Shown here: positions 41,076 through 54,235 of the stretch, in pieces
How the letters are laid out: each line of letters opens with the position of its first letter
Numbering within the stretch: position 1 is the stretch's first letter
Origin: Eledone cirrhosa
Lineage: Eukaryota
Assembly (NCBI GenBank): GCA_964016885.1
Contig: OZ024740.1
Location: 410,316,001 to 410,380,000 of the forward strand
Direction of reading: 5' to 3'
DNA: 64,000 nt
Made by a program: the position numbers and the translations under genes
The notes under the pieces: model-generated
What the model was told of the DNA's origin: nothing
What the model saw: the letters and a program-made list of their open reading frames with translations, nothing else
The model's database searches: none

Positions 41076-41198
41076 CCTCTTTGGATTTTAGTCTTCAAAT
41101 TTATTATTATTACTATATATATATAAAGATATACACACACACGCATATATATTTGTGTATATATATGTGTATATATATATGTGTATATATATATATAC

Positions 41199-41256
<58 letters not shown>

Positions 41257-41599
41257 GTATATATATATGTATATATATATATATGTATGTGTGTGTGTAT
41301 ATATATATGTGTGTGTGTGTGTGTGCGTGTGCGTGCGTGCGTGTCTATTTTATACCCAACAACTTAGCGGTTATTTAACGTAACGCACTCTATAAAATAA
41401 ATACTAGGCTTTAAAATATAAGCACTGGGGTAGATAAAAGAAACAACTAAAATAAGGTGGTGCCGCCCACATGTCCGCAGTTTAATATGTGAAACTAGTA
41501 AAAGAATATATAAATATATGTATATCCAGCCATGGATTCTTATCTCTTAATGGAACTGTAGGGGCACAGTCTTTCACACTTTTAACTGGTGACTTAAGC

Positions 41600-42560
41600 G
41601 TGGAGAAGACGGGAAAAAGAGAGGCAAAACTATCGTTTGAAATGGCAGATGAACTTATTCGATATTTATAGGTTATTGGAAGCGAGCTGTTGAGTATATT
41701 AAAGAGCTATACGGTTTTGATCTGATAGTGTAGAGATCTGTAAGAGGGAGTGGAGGAGGGCACCTTAGGTAGATTACTGAATGTAAAATAGAATGCCGCT
41801 CTATATTGGAGGCTCTGTAAAAGCTAAATGTTCTCAGAGATATGTGAAATATGTTTCAATGTGTGTTGAAAGTGTTTTCTGTGCGAGAGAGTTTTAGTCG
41901 TTGTTTTTCAGTTTTTAAATATATATTTGGTCATGAGTGGGCAGCGGTTGAATTCGTCTGCTCTCGTATCTAGGCAGTAATTCGTGGAGTGCAGCGTTTG
42001 TTTTAGTATACTTCGAATTTTGCCTGTGCATAAATAAGATGATGTCGTTCTGTTGCATTGGGCTTAGATCTTTCTAGAATCTTGACATTCGACGAGAAAC
42101 TCACAAGTTCAGCTTTTATGTTCAGTAATTTATGGAACATCCTAATAAGCTGAACCCCACGAATAACTACCGAAATACGAGAGCACATTTCTTCAACCAC
42201 TGCTCACATTTGTCCAAATACATACTTAAAACTGGAAAAAAAGGTTAAAATGTTCTCACACACCACAACCACACACCTTGAGACCTACTTCACCTCTCTC
42301 TAAGAATAATGAGCTTCTATAAATCCTACAATGTAGTGAGGCTTTCTAATTAACGTACAATAAAGCACCTAAGGTGCCTGCCACACTTGCTCCTATCCCC
42401 CACCCTCATACAGATTTTTACTATATTGGATATAACAATTGTAGCTTCTTTATGTATTCAGCAGCTCGTCCGCAATAACCTATAAATATGGAATAAGTTA
42501 GGTTCATTCACTTGGCATTTCTGAAAGGGGGTTTCTCCCCATTTCACCCATTCTTTACAC
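41600..42560. repeat. Old, diverged long inverted repeat (arms ~41600-42000 and ~42140-42560)
   Basis: CTTATTCGATATTTATAGGTTATTG (41654) pairs with CAATAACCTATAAATATGGAATAAG (42473); CTCTCGTATCTAGGCAGTAATTCGTGG (41961) pairs with CCACGAATAACTACCGAAATACGAGAG (42157). Confidence 0.8.
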
Positions 42561-42728
42561 CTAACCACTAATACTTATTGCTATTTTCTTTTTCTTATGA
42601 GCTCCTTTATAAAAGAAGAACTGAACCAAAGCATTCATTTCAAGATGGCCGAACTAGCAAGCTGAGATGGTATATTAGGTCCTCTTAGTTAAACACGCGT
42701 ATTCGGAAAATGTTTAGTTGATGTAATA

Positions 42729-42804
<76 letters not shown>

Positions 42805-42844
42805 AGGAAATAATAGACAAAAGTATACCTATTTTTTCTTCAAA

Positions 42845-42939
42845 GTCCCGACTGCAGTTTCGCCGATCCGTGTGTAACGTTTTTTCTGCACTATAAAAAT
42901 GCATCAACACTGTGAGGTTGATACGGCTTATCAAGAAAC
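42845..42939 (-). ncRNA. Decayed hammerhead with a long stem II insertion, within a (TA)n-terminated pLTR-like repeat
   Basis: GTTTC-TTGATAA-GCCG..~65 nt..CGGC-GAAA-CTGCAG-TC-GGGAC. Confidence 0.6.
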
Positions 42940-43241
42940 CCCTGAGAAAAAAAGACTGTTTCTTGACGCGGAGGGAGGAATTAACAATGATATAGTGGTA
43001 AAAAAAAGGACTGTTTCTTTCGTAGCCATTGAGAATATCCCGAGAGGCGGAGGGAGAAATTAACACATGATACAATGGTCACAGACGGGTAGTAAGGTGG
43101 ACAGTGAGTGAATAACGTATTTGCTAGAAAAAGCAGTTAGTACACTTCTGGGTTAACTCGACCATAGGGAAGTTTGGGACACTATAATAATGAAATATAT
43201 ACACACAAACACACACACACACACGCATACACACAAACAAA

Positions 43242-43295
<54 letters not shown>

Positions 43296-43323
43296 AAGAG
43301 AAAGAAAGCAAGAGAGAAAAAGA

Positions 43324-43401
43324 GAAGAAGAAGAAGAAGAAGAAGAAGAAGAAGAAGAAGAAGAAGAAGAAGAAGAAGAAGAAGAAGAAGAAGAAGAAGA
43401 A
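43324..43401 (+). repeat. (GAA)n microsatellite
   Basis: About 26 perfect units. Confidence 0.97.
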
Positions 43402-43810
43402 TTTACCCACACACATCTATAACTTCTAATCAATGGCTACTATTCGAATTGTTTGTATTTATTTCTTTGTTTATAATCTAATTTCGTTGAATATCGTTTC
43501 ACTGAGCATGTGAAGATCATTCACGTCTATATGTTTGCACTTTCAAACTGATATGATGTGCCAACATTCTTGAGTAAATATTTCCTTAATAAAAACAGGT
43601 TCTTCTAAATTAAAATCGTTGCTTATGGGATAGAAAAATAAAAAAATTTTTTACATATATTGTAAAGAAATTCTAATATCCGGATAATAAAGAATTACTT
43701 TAACTGCTGAATAAACTTTCTTGACAATTAGAGATTGGTCATCAAACAAACATGTAAACTCCCAACCCTCCAAAATGCATACATAAACATAAGCAGCTAT
43801 GTATATAAAT

Positions 43811-44165
43811 AATTGTTTCTACTCTTGGCACAAGGCCAGCAATTACCCAGTACATTACTGGTACTTTATTTTATCGACCCCGAAAGGATGAAAGGCAAAG
43901 TTAACCTCGGCGGGATCTGAACTCAGTCCGTAACTATGCTGGAAAGCATGGCGTCCGATGCTCTACCGATACTGCCAATCCACCGCCTATGTATATAAAT
44001 AGTGGTTTCTTATATAGGCACAAGGCCAGCAATTTTTTATGGAGGGGAAAGTTGATTAAATCGACCCCAGTGCGTGACTGGTACTTTATTTTATCGACCC
44101 CATAAGGATGAAAGGCAAAGTTAACGGCGTCCGACCCTCTACCGATACTGCCAATCCACCGCCTA
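43811..44165 (-). mobile_element. Two tandem SINE copies (43811-43987 and 44000-44165, the second internally deleted)
   Basis: Reverse complement of the 35518 SINE core, twice. Confidence 0.88.
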
Positions 44166-44243
44166 TGTATATAAATAATATATATTAAAATCATTTCGTG
44201 CACAGGCTGAATGCATTCTTACATTGTGTATAGTGACAGGAAA

Positions 44244-44402
44244 GGCGGCGAATTGGCATAGTCGTTAGAATGTCGGATATAATGCTTTATGGTATTCGTT
44301 CCGGCTTTCTACTGTCTGAGTTCAAATCCCGCCGAGGTCAACTTTGCCTTTCATCCTTACGTAGTCGATAAAAAGAGTACCAGTCTAGTACTGGGGTCGA
44401 TT
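44244..44402 (+). mobile_element. tRNA-derived SINE
   Basis: GGCGGCGAATTGGCATAGTCGTTAG (A box), GAGTTCAAATCC (B box), family core. Confidence 0.88.
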
Positions 44403-45779
44403 CTTCCTCTATATCTCTTTCTCATTTCCTCTCTATCACTTTCTATCTTTCTCTGGAAGAAATCTGCTGTGAAATCAGGCTTGGAGAGCGATGGGCTCTA
44501 TCAGGAGTTACATGACCATACCATACATTGTGACAGGCAGTATAGCACTGTCTCTCATTGTAAAATGACAAACACACAAACATACAAACATACATACACA
44601 CATACACACGCGCACAGAAAAAAACATATACCATGATGATTATGAGTTGATATTTAAGTGGACAGCAATAAAGCGAAAAAAGTACTCAATGATATTAAGT
44701 AGACTGAAATAATATTTATTCAAAGTTGAGTTCACACAAGTCGGTATTCGGAGTTTCCCCTTTCCGCAGCTCCTTTGATTAGGACCAGAAACGAGAAATT
44801 CCGATTAGTGATTCCACTCAAAATATTCTGTCTGTCCTTCAAGGCTGATAACATCTTTCAGGTTTGTGTTGTGAAGCGTTCCTTTTACATTCACAAATCA
44901 AAGTATTTTATCTCAAAACAGAAATAGACATTACCAGATATTTTAAAATAATAATATACGATACAACTAAGTCAAAATTGAGAAAACAAATTTTCACTCA
45001 AATAAACAATATTCAATATTAAAACAAATCACTGAAGCAAGTTGTCATATTTCTAATTTCCACCAGTATTTTACTGACTTAGTAAATTAATTCTTTCATA
45101 TCTCAAACATTCGCTTGTAGTGTGTTTGAAACACTGTCACATGTCTGATACTGTTTGGCCAGAAGGTTATATTCGGACATTTTGTGATCAATTTCAGATG
45201 AAGATCTGTATGGAATATATAATATATTCGATGATAAATAATTATTGTGAAAGAAATTATTTTTGTTAGGAGTTATCGTTATGATACTCAAGCCTTCAAC
45301 TATCAATATAAATTTATGTCACTGATTAAGTGTACTACAACTAATAATACTTCAATCAGTTTAGAGATAAACTTATTCAGTTTATACAGTAATGCTGGTT
45401 CGCAGCTGGATGGATAAACACTATCTATTAGATAGCATGAGCTCAATAAACGAAGGGTTGACAGTTCATACGCTGTCAGTCACAGCTTAGACTGCTCTAA
45501 GTAGTTAAGTGGACGTACAATTTATCACTAAATAAAAAGCTAACCTTATTCGTTTTAAAATATAAATGAATAAATACTGTTTCAATCATTGAGAATATGT
45601 TGAGAAGAACAGGAATGGTTCATAACAGTAAGGAATAACAAAAATCTTAGAGATGTAAATAATGTTTTGACCATTGCTTACCATATAATTAAAAATAATA
45701 TTCAAGTAAGATGATAGAAACTAGTGTTAAACTACATAAATAATTGTAAGAATGTGTAATATATATTCAAAAAACAAAC

Positions 45780-46128
45780 AGCGGAGGACGCGTTTCGCAC
45801 CTTTCCGACAGATAACCTTTCCCCCACCCCGGAAAAAACCCCAGTTGATGGATGTGAATCCGAAATATATAGGGACAATTAAATCTCTCCCAAGGTAACT
45901 CTCTCTCGTGTTGTTATTTTTATTTTATCCTTTATACTCTTTCCTTCATTCCTCTACACGTCTTATACACACCACGCATCTCAACGTACACCCACTTACA
46001 TCTCTCTCTCCACCACCGGATCTTGTTACCCGGAGATTTACCCATTTGCATTGTCGAGGCTTCCAAACGACTTAAAGATATTTACCTATTATTCCACAAT
46101 GCTTCAAGCAAACTTCAATACTCTCATA
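45780..46128. mobile_element. pLTR-like remnants with minimal hammerhead pieces
   Basis: Minus CGAAACGCGTC at 45787-45797; plus CCC-CAGTTGA-T-GGA(TGTGAA)TCC-GAAA-TATA-TA-GGG at 45839-45874; ends in (TA)n. Confidence 0.55.
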
Positions 46129-46145
46129 TATATATATATATATTT

Positions 46146-46418
<273 letters not shown>

Positions 46419-46438
46419 TTGTGTGTGTATGTGTGTGT

Positions 46439-46469
<31 letters not shown>

Positions 46470-46473
<4 letters not shown>

Positions 46474-47740
46474 GTGACTAAAAATCAACTGACCCGCCCC
46501 ACGTTTTGTGTCACTGTATATTCATTTTCTAACCGATCAACCTTAAATTTCAGGACATGGCAGATATAACGTCCGAAAGGACAACAGCACCTCAATGGGA
46601 GCTACATCACCAAATTTCTCTGAGAAACACCACTATAGTACAAGCAGGTCCAGGAGCAGTTTCATACACTTTTTGGAACGGACAAATCTCCATTCAAACC
46701 AATGTACAAAACTGGATGAAGAAGTTTGAGACCTATGGGACAGTGGAGAATCTCAATAAAATGCCTGAGAATCGTCCGGCCCACTCTGAACGACTCAGGA
46801 AGCGTACGTAGGAAGTTATTGACATGGTCTGAGAGCCTGTTGAACAGAGCCCAAAACGATCGCTGCACAGGAGAAGCCAATCCTTGAGTCTATCCACAGA
46901 AACTTGCAGATGGGTTGTCAAAGAGGATATTCAAAAGTACCCCTTCAGAATACAAACTAAACAAAAGCTTACTATAGTTGATAAGACCAAGAGATAGATT
47001 ATGGCTGAGAATTTTCTGAATCTAGCTGTGGTCCTCTGATGAGGCCCACTTTTCTTTAGAAGGGAAGATAAACTCCAAGTGAAATGTATTCTGTGAGTCA
47101 AAGAAACCTACTAAAGTGTTTGTCAAATGTACTACCTAGGCGGTCATTTCCGAGAGAAGCTTCATCTGCTTATTCTTCTTCGAAGAAAATGGTGTCACTA
47201 CTACAGTGACAAAGAAGGGCTACGTGGAGCTCCTGAAAGACTTCAAAAAGGGGCTACAGACCTTGCATCCATCTCTAATCAATAAGTTCTGGTTTCGGCA
47301 AGACGGAGCAAACCATCACACCTCCAATGAGTCGCGGGAATGGCTGAAATCGTGTGATCAGTTTGAAGACTGATTTTGAATGAGACCAACATAGCCCCTG
47401 ATTTAAGACCCCTAAATTTCTTTCTTTGGGACCATCTGAAGGATATGGTATATGTCAACAGCACTAAACTAAAGGTAACCCCCAGGGAGGAATTGAGACT
47501 CATTCCTAGGTCTTCTTGTAAAAGCGTTATCCTAAACTTAACCATGCGTCCCTCAAAACATGGATTCAAGCGGGGATCACTTAAAACATGTGCACTAACT
47601 CTGGAGATAATCAAAATACTGGAGATATGTTGTTTTAATGGTTTAAACTAAATATAATCGGAGTTTCATTAGCCTTGTCAACAAATGAATAATGTAAACA
47701 AAAATAAAATAGGAGTCAGTAGTTTTCGAGTAACCCTGTA
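46470..47740 (+). mobile_element. Decayed Tc1/mariner-superfamily DNA transposon (rosa/maT-like DDD transposase pseudogene)
   Basis: NWMKKFETYGTV, EQSPKRSLHRRS, YPFRIQ, SDEAHF, FFFEENG, WFRQDGA, PDLRPLNFFLWDHLK; degenerate TIRs (GTGACTAAAAATCAACTGAC / GTCAGTAGTTTTCGAGTAACCCTG); TA at both ends. Confidence 0.88.
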
Positions 47741-48039
47741 TACGACTTAACAAGCTGTAAGTTATTAACATTTGTTAGAAATAGTTTGAAATGAATCGGA
47801 GGTAACAAGTAATAACTAATATTTTAAGAATTATATATAGGAAAAAAGTTGATTATCATAAACATTGATAAGCTGGATCAAAATGAATAAACGCTTTTAT
47901 GAGTAGTGAAAACCATTGGAAAGAGAAGGAAATGATTCCTTTGTAAGATTTCCTCGAAGAAATGAGTTATTATTTAGCACGAATAATTCTATTCGAAGCT
48001 TCCGCACAATACACATAACTAAAATGGATAGTAGGAAAT

Positions 48040-48252
48040 AATGGTTTTTTATAAAGGCACAAGGCCAGCAATTTTGGGGGAAGGAAAAGTCAATTAAATC
48101 GACCCCAGTGCGTAACTGGTACTTTATTTTATCGACCCTTTAAGGATGAAAGGCAAAGTTAACCTCGGCGGATTTGAGCTCAGACCATAAAGGGCCGTAA
48201 TTCTTTGCTACAAAGCATGGCGTCCGACCTTCTACCGATACTGCCAATCCGC
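48040..48252 (-). mobile_element. tRNA-derived SINE
   Basis: Full family match on the minus strand. Confidence 0.9.
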
Positions 48253-48752
48253 ATGAAAATATCAATCTCGATTCACTTTTTACATTGTAAACCGTGGGAT
48301 TTGGCAAAGAGTATACAATCGAACGTAACGTTTTCAATTTTGACGTTTTTTTAATATTTTTTCTTTTTACTGAATTACGTTTTATACATAGGCAATTATG
48401 ATTCGGCCAAACAAATCTAAATTTCAATTTTAAAGAGAATTGACACCTACTGAGCTTCAGAATATGTAACTGATCATTTCAGCTTTTAAAACATGTTTTT
48501 GTTTTTCTAAATTAAACCAAGCTGATGTAGGTGCAACGTCACCAACAATAGCTGCTTCCAAGGCCACTGCAATGTGATTGGTACACGTTGATGAAATCCC
48601 CTTCTATCACTGGGATTCCACACACAACGGTTATTACATTAACGGTTTGAAATGCAACGGGCATTGTTGATTTCAATCTTAGAAACTGCCTTTTTACACT
48701 TTGAGTAATCCCGTCAAGATGTCTTTGAATTTGTTCAATGGCATATTATAAC

Positions 48753-48786
<34 letters not shown>

Positions 48787-49319
48787 TACACACAGAGTTT
48801 ATCATTGGCAATAATACCTTTCGTTTGTAAAACTATACAACAATGTTAGTTGTTAAATTGTTCAATATTCGTAGAATAGCCATCTAGAATCGGCTTAAAA
48901 CAAGTTATTGTAAAACACAAAAGCAAGTTATTGCAACAATTTTAAAAACAAAAGTCGTCGGAAACTTCTTTGGAGAAAGAATATCGATGTTTTACCATCT
49001 GGTTCACAAATTAAATGCAAAAAAAAAAAAAAATTAAAGAAGACAACTCCAATACATTAATGAAGCACATGTTTTATTATAGAAAGTAAAGGATTTCAAC
49101 ATTTTTGTATTTGTTTTGGAAGATTCAGGATGTTAAATCATGCATAGAAAGTCAAGAGGAAGTAAATACTGTAGAACAATATCAGAGCAGCGAGGAGACA
49201 GAGAGACGCAAAAACAGCCATTGAGAAGGACACAAAATGTGTGAGGGAAGAGCTCAGACAAATATGACAATTAAATAACCAGCTGGTTACTAAACTAACC
49301 GAGGAATTGATTAATTAAT

Positions 49320-49548
49320 GATTTCTGATTTAGGCACAAGGCCAGCACTTTTGGGGAGAGGAAAGTCGATTAAATCGACCCTAGTTCATTACTGGTGCTT
49401 TATTTTATCGACCCTGGAAGGATGAAGGGCAAAGTTAACCCCGGCAGGTTTGAACTCAGAACGTAAATAATTGTAACTCTATGCTACGAAGCATGTTGTC
49501 TGACGCTCTACCGATTCTGCCAAACCACCGATTCTGCCAAACCACCGC
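49320..49548 (-). mobile_element. tRNA-derived SINE with a 19-bp duplication in its 5' part
   Basis: Family core; ACCGATTCTGCCAAACC occurs twice. Confidence 0.88.
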
Positions 49549-49561
49549 CTTGATTAATTAC

Positions 49562-49636
49562 TTAATAATAAAAGTGAAGTGAAAATCAACCGTGGGTGTT
49601 TTGTTATTAGCAACATAACCCTCCCAAATTATAACA
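49562..49636 (+). mobile_element. Short PLE-A-family pLTR fragment
   Basis: TGAAGTGAAA..GCAACATAACCCTCCCAAATTATAACAA matches 38539-38602. Confidence 0.6.
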
Positions 49637-49722
49637 AAAGGTGTATTAAATATACTAATACTTTCATTATAGAAAGTAAATGATTATTTGGAGTACTAAA
49701 ATACTAATACTTTTATTAGCAA

Positions 49723-49839
<117 letters not shown>

Positions 49840-50944
49840 AGAAAAAAAAGAGAATCAGTGTTGCGAAGAATGGAATTTATTGGCCATTACAATCGTTTCT
49901 CTGGCGACCAGCTCGAGGCACGATCGATGTGATGATCGAACCTGACTCTGAAAATCGCAAGGTCCTCACATACATCTTGATTCTACGAAGCAGATTTTCC
50001 TATATATATATATATATTACTTTCGTTATTTGGCTCAGGGATATGGTTTTGGAATATTTTCTGAAAATCTTTTTTGCCGAAATCTGAGTATAGTTCTAAA
50101 GGATTCATTGTTGAATATATCTTACTTTAATTAATTGGATCGAGTTCTGAAATAGTACATAGAAGAGTTTTGATTTAATGAAAACTACATAAATATTTAG
50201 TGACGAATAAGAACTTAAAAAAAATATATATCAATTTCATATACTTTGATAATCATGATTAAAGGGAATTGTTTACAATGAAAATTGATTAGAGTTGTTT
50301 TGAACGAAATGTATAATTTCGAATGATAAAAAAAGCATGTGAATATGAAACCATAATAAACTAGATTCCAGCGAGAATATATACGAGAGAAGAACATGTG
50401 AACTTGATAAATATGTTTGTGTTAAACAGAACAGAAAGTGTATTATTTAGTATATTAGATGCTGTATAAAATATAAACTACTTTCAACTGTTGTTTATTT
50501 TCGGCCAGTCAACATTGAACAGACCTATCATTAAAGGCGTTCAACTTTTATAATTCTCTCATTTATAAAATTTTAACTATATTGTCTAATGAATTCTTTT
50601 ATTTTCTTTTTAACGGTTTAACGGTGAGGTACGATTGAGATGCATGAATACCAAAAGCCAAACGTGTCTTATTGATCACTATGTCGTTATCATGCCTGAC
50701 GGTATTTATACAGCATTCTCGCATACTGATGTAACAGAACAATTAAATGTCTTTTTTTAAAATAATTCAATCTTTGAAAAATCGGTAAAAATCGGTAAAA
50801 TCGGTAAAAACTTTGGAAAATCGGTAAAAATCGGTAAAATATAAACCCGAATTGATACCTACTCAACCTACTCATGCTTATGGAAGTAAATCTACTCTAC
50901 ATGCCACCACCATAAATGAAACTTAAATGTTATTCCGTTTCGTG

Positions 50945-52160
50945 GTCCCTGCCGACAGGATGGAGAAGTCATTGCCCCAGAGGACGGCGACGAAGATACG
51001 TTGGAACAACTACTCCACCTCATGGGATCGCACCTGCGGGCAGTCAACTTCGCTCCGATTGCAGTAAGAAGGGATGTGGTCCGGGGGCTGAGAACGTAGG
51101 ACGTCTCCCCTGCCACAGGCTCAACCACAGACCTATCAGAGAGCAACCACAGACCTATCAGAGAGCGACCGGTGCTTTGACAATTTGCCCTCTTCGGCCT
51201 AGTGCATAGCAAGGCCTGGGCTGGTAGCCAAACGCACCAGGTTGCCGTTAGAGAAGGTGTCACATGTGGCATTGCAGATGAGGAGCGTACTCCCGTGGAC
51301 CGAGAAGATTGTCATGTCGTTTAGGAAGGGAGGCCTGTGCAGTCTAGGCTTTATGATCTTGTTGAGAGCAGCATGGCGTGGGAGGCGGTCAGCACTATAA
51401 GAGCATCACAGTAAGTGTAGACCGAAAGAATCAACGTTGGGTCCGCAGTGGGGTTTTTTTAGACTCACAGATCCGGAGGCTGTCGCTCTCCAGTCAAAAG
51501 TGATAGTACTGTGTTGAACCAGGTGTCACTGTGGGGTTGGAAAACCGAGCAAAATATATCAAACGGTGCTGGTCTAGCCGACGCACCGGCCTATCTGAGG
51601 TCATGTTGCATTGGATGGCGTTTCATTTGTTTTAGAGGCCCAGCTACAGCAATGAGTGGGGACAATAAATATTTGAGGGGGCTGGGTCGGAGACTATTGG
51701 CACCCCCGCTGCTGCTGGCTGAAAAAGACTTCAGAGCAGAGATGATGCTCTCCTTGGTGATTACGAGCACGGTTGAGGGTCAGGTGGTTGTATGAATTTG
51801 ATATATGCATGTGGCTCAGAATGTTTGAGCCGGAGAGCAGCCAACACCTCATCGGTAATGTAGAGGACAGTGTCGTCAAATCCGTCTACTCTGACGGCAG
51901 CCAAGACATCACCCTCGATGAGTTTGGCGTTTACCTGGTCTCGTAAACGCTTTGGGCGGGCATCAGGGGTGGAGGACTGCGAGCATACGAATGAGTGGAG
52001 TGTGGCCTGCTCAAATATACTGGGTATGGGTACCTACCCGAAGGTCAAGATATTGGCCTTGACTAGGGCCTTTGTCGACAGGTCGCCTCGATCGGCACCA
52101 GTGTTGAGGAGACTAAGGGTGAGTGGAGCGAAATGAAGGAATCACTCTCAATCATCGTAT
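50945..52160 (-). mobile_element. Decayed CRE-clade non-LTR retrotransposon (pre-RT region fused to zinc knuckle/RLE; RT core deleted)
   Basis: VNAKLIEGDVLAAVRV..LRLKH, SALKSFSASSSGGANSLRP, CGPNVDSFGLHLL*C..RHAALNKIIK, PVAGET, LFQRIFVAVLWGN match CRE consensus motifs. Confidence 0.8.
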
Positions 52161-53055
52161 CTATCGAAGTCCACAGGGGTTTGGTCACTTCATAAAGTAC
52201 ATTCTAATATTCAACAATTATATTCTTTACTTTAAATCAGGTCAAACGTTCATAAACATATTTGAAGGTTAGAAAGTCTTTTGAAACGTAAACAATAACA
52301 ATTTTAGACACTTCGAAAATCTTCCCTCTTCGTATATACAGAAAATAAAAATGAGTTCAAGGATGGTTATTAAAATGCAGAAAGTGTTGTAAACAAATGT
52401 GTTTAGATTTAAGAATAGGATAAAAAATTGCAATATTTTTCAAACACTTCACATCTTCTGGGAAATAAATAGGCACTATTTATTTTTCATAACTATGCTT
52501 AAAAATAGATTGTATATAATGGACTTTGAGAGTATTGTTTAAATATGAATAGACTTTTGTAGGGAAAAAAATTCTTATTTATAATATTATAAAATATATT
52601 ATAAATAAGAGATTGGGAAGACAGAAAGAAATAGGCATTATATGGTACGGACAATTGTATTTCAAACTACCATAAACTGGAATTACTGGAACGACACAAC
52701 GTGAGAACAAGGGTGTGGTCGCTGGATATGCTAGAAATAGTAACTGGATCTCCACTCCAATCATACCCTACCATCTTAAATAAAAAAAACAAAATATAGA
52801 CATGTTCAATAATCGTGTCTTACATACGCCTAAAAGGTTATATAGTTATTATTGGAGCAATTCTGATCATTATTCTGTTCATTCAGAACTGACGTGGAAC
52901 AAACCAACAGCAACAACTTCTAGGAGAATTCAAGATATGTAGCGCATAAAAATATGAATAATCATTTCACATCTTAAAATATTGATCACTATAGGTCTAG
53001 AACCGATGATATTTAGCTGATATAGGGTGGTATAGGGTGGTATAGCTGGTATAGG

Positions 53056-53242
53056 GTGGTGGATTGACAGTATTGATAGGGCGTCGGACTACAAGCTTTG
53101 TGGCGTACAGTTGCGGCCCTTTACGTTCTGAGTTCAAATCCTGCGAAGTCGATGAAGTAAAGCTCCAGTAATGCACTGGGGTCGATTTAATCGAATCACC
53201 CTCCCTAAAAATTGTTGGCGTTTAGCCTAACTCAGAAACCAT
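53056..53242 (+). mobile_element. tRNA-derived SINE, internally deleted, preceded by (TATAGGGTGG)n
   Basis: B box GAGTTCAAATCC; CAGTAATGCACTGGGGTCGATTTAATCGA. Confidence 0.75.
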
Positions 53243-53584
53243 TGTTACAGTGATATACAGAACTAAGTTAACGTATTGAGATAAAGAGAATGTATAAATG
53301 AGTTAATGATTTCTAATACTGCCATGAGATCCCAGATTTTGTGTGAGATGTATAACTAGTTATATCGAATCCAGTACTTGAATGGTACTTATTTAATCAA
53401 CCCCAAACGCCTTAAGGCAAATTATAGAAAAATCTGGATGGTTGCATGAGGCGCCCCAAGTATGAGATATCTAAGATATTGCAGTTCATGTCTCGCATGA
53501 TTAGAGATAGAGGAAGACTACTAGTACACGATGAAGTCTCATGTTCTTTTCATGATGATATTTGTATCACACCATATTGGTTTG

Positions 53585-53776
53585 CAGATTTGTCAACCTC
53601 TAAAAACCCAAACGGGGAGTACCATGAAAAAAAGTGCCCCAAAGCGGGAGAAATGAGGCAAAATGGGGAGATTTTACTTAATGAAAGCTATACCCATTTT
53701 TACAAGAGAAGACATCTCTCACCCACTTCAAAGTGGGTGGGAGATCTCCCCGTCCGATGGGGAGAGTTGACAGGTC
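53585..53776. mobile_element. Possible MITE
   Basis: Imperfect terminal inverted repeats GATTTGTCAACCTC / GAGTTGACAGGTC; internal hairpin ACCCACTTCAAAGTGGGT. Confidence 0.35.
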
Positions 53777-53789
53777 AGGCTTTGTGTTT

Positions 53790-54235
53790 AGTTAGTGCTG
53801 CCATCTATGTTCTTGCAAGGATTTCTCATCTCTGTCCTTTATCATTATAGAAGGTTTCTAGGAATTCGAAATGATGCACTATCTCTAATTTTGTTCTTCA
53901 ACAGAAGTATCTGTTCTATTGATATCTTTGGCGTTTATCATGTTTTTTCTGCATTGGTGACCATTCCAAAATTGGTTGTGCGTTTATCAAGGTAGCTGAT
54001 CACATCAATCAATTCGTTCCCCTCTTCCTACCAGTTCAATAATAGCGACAGCATTTCTTCGGCTTGTGATGTTCCGCCCTCCAATATTGACTGTACTCTT
54101 ATGGTTTTTATGATTATCACTCATGATCCGTACTAGGAATACACCGAAGTACGTGAAAGAAAGGAGGCAGCTCTGACTGGCTCATTCAAGGGTATAGAAC
54201 TATTAATCGATGGAGCCTTGAGATCATACTATATT
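53790..54235 (-). mobile_element. Decayed RTE-clade reverse transcriptase fragment
   Basis: QSCLLSFTYFGVFLVRIMS..TVNIGGRNITSRRNA resembles QGCLLSP.LFNIFLERIM..SIGGRTITNLRFADD; FGMVTNAEKT; EILART. Confidence 0.75.

Larger units (their letters stand above)
38830..41100 (-). mobile_element. Naiad-type Penelope-like element, 5'-truncated and decayed, flanked by (TA)n on both sides
   Basis: Coding remnants plus a 3' pLTR with a hammerhead; the pLTR end recurs at 46146-46265 and 63260-63425. Confidence 0.9.

Noticed and set aside
41081-41383. YI/CV-rich ORFs (also at 33206, 43153-43433, 46249, 49680, 63540-63999)
   Set aside because: Translations of (TA)n, (CA)n and (GAA)n microsatellites
45103-45205. 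Possible minus-strand terminal exon SSSEIDHKMSEYNLLAKQYQTCDSVSNTLQANV*
   Set aside because: Plausible CAG acceptor, but short, no recognisable homology and no partner exons identified
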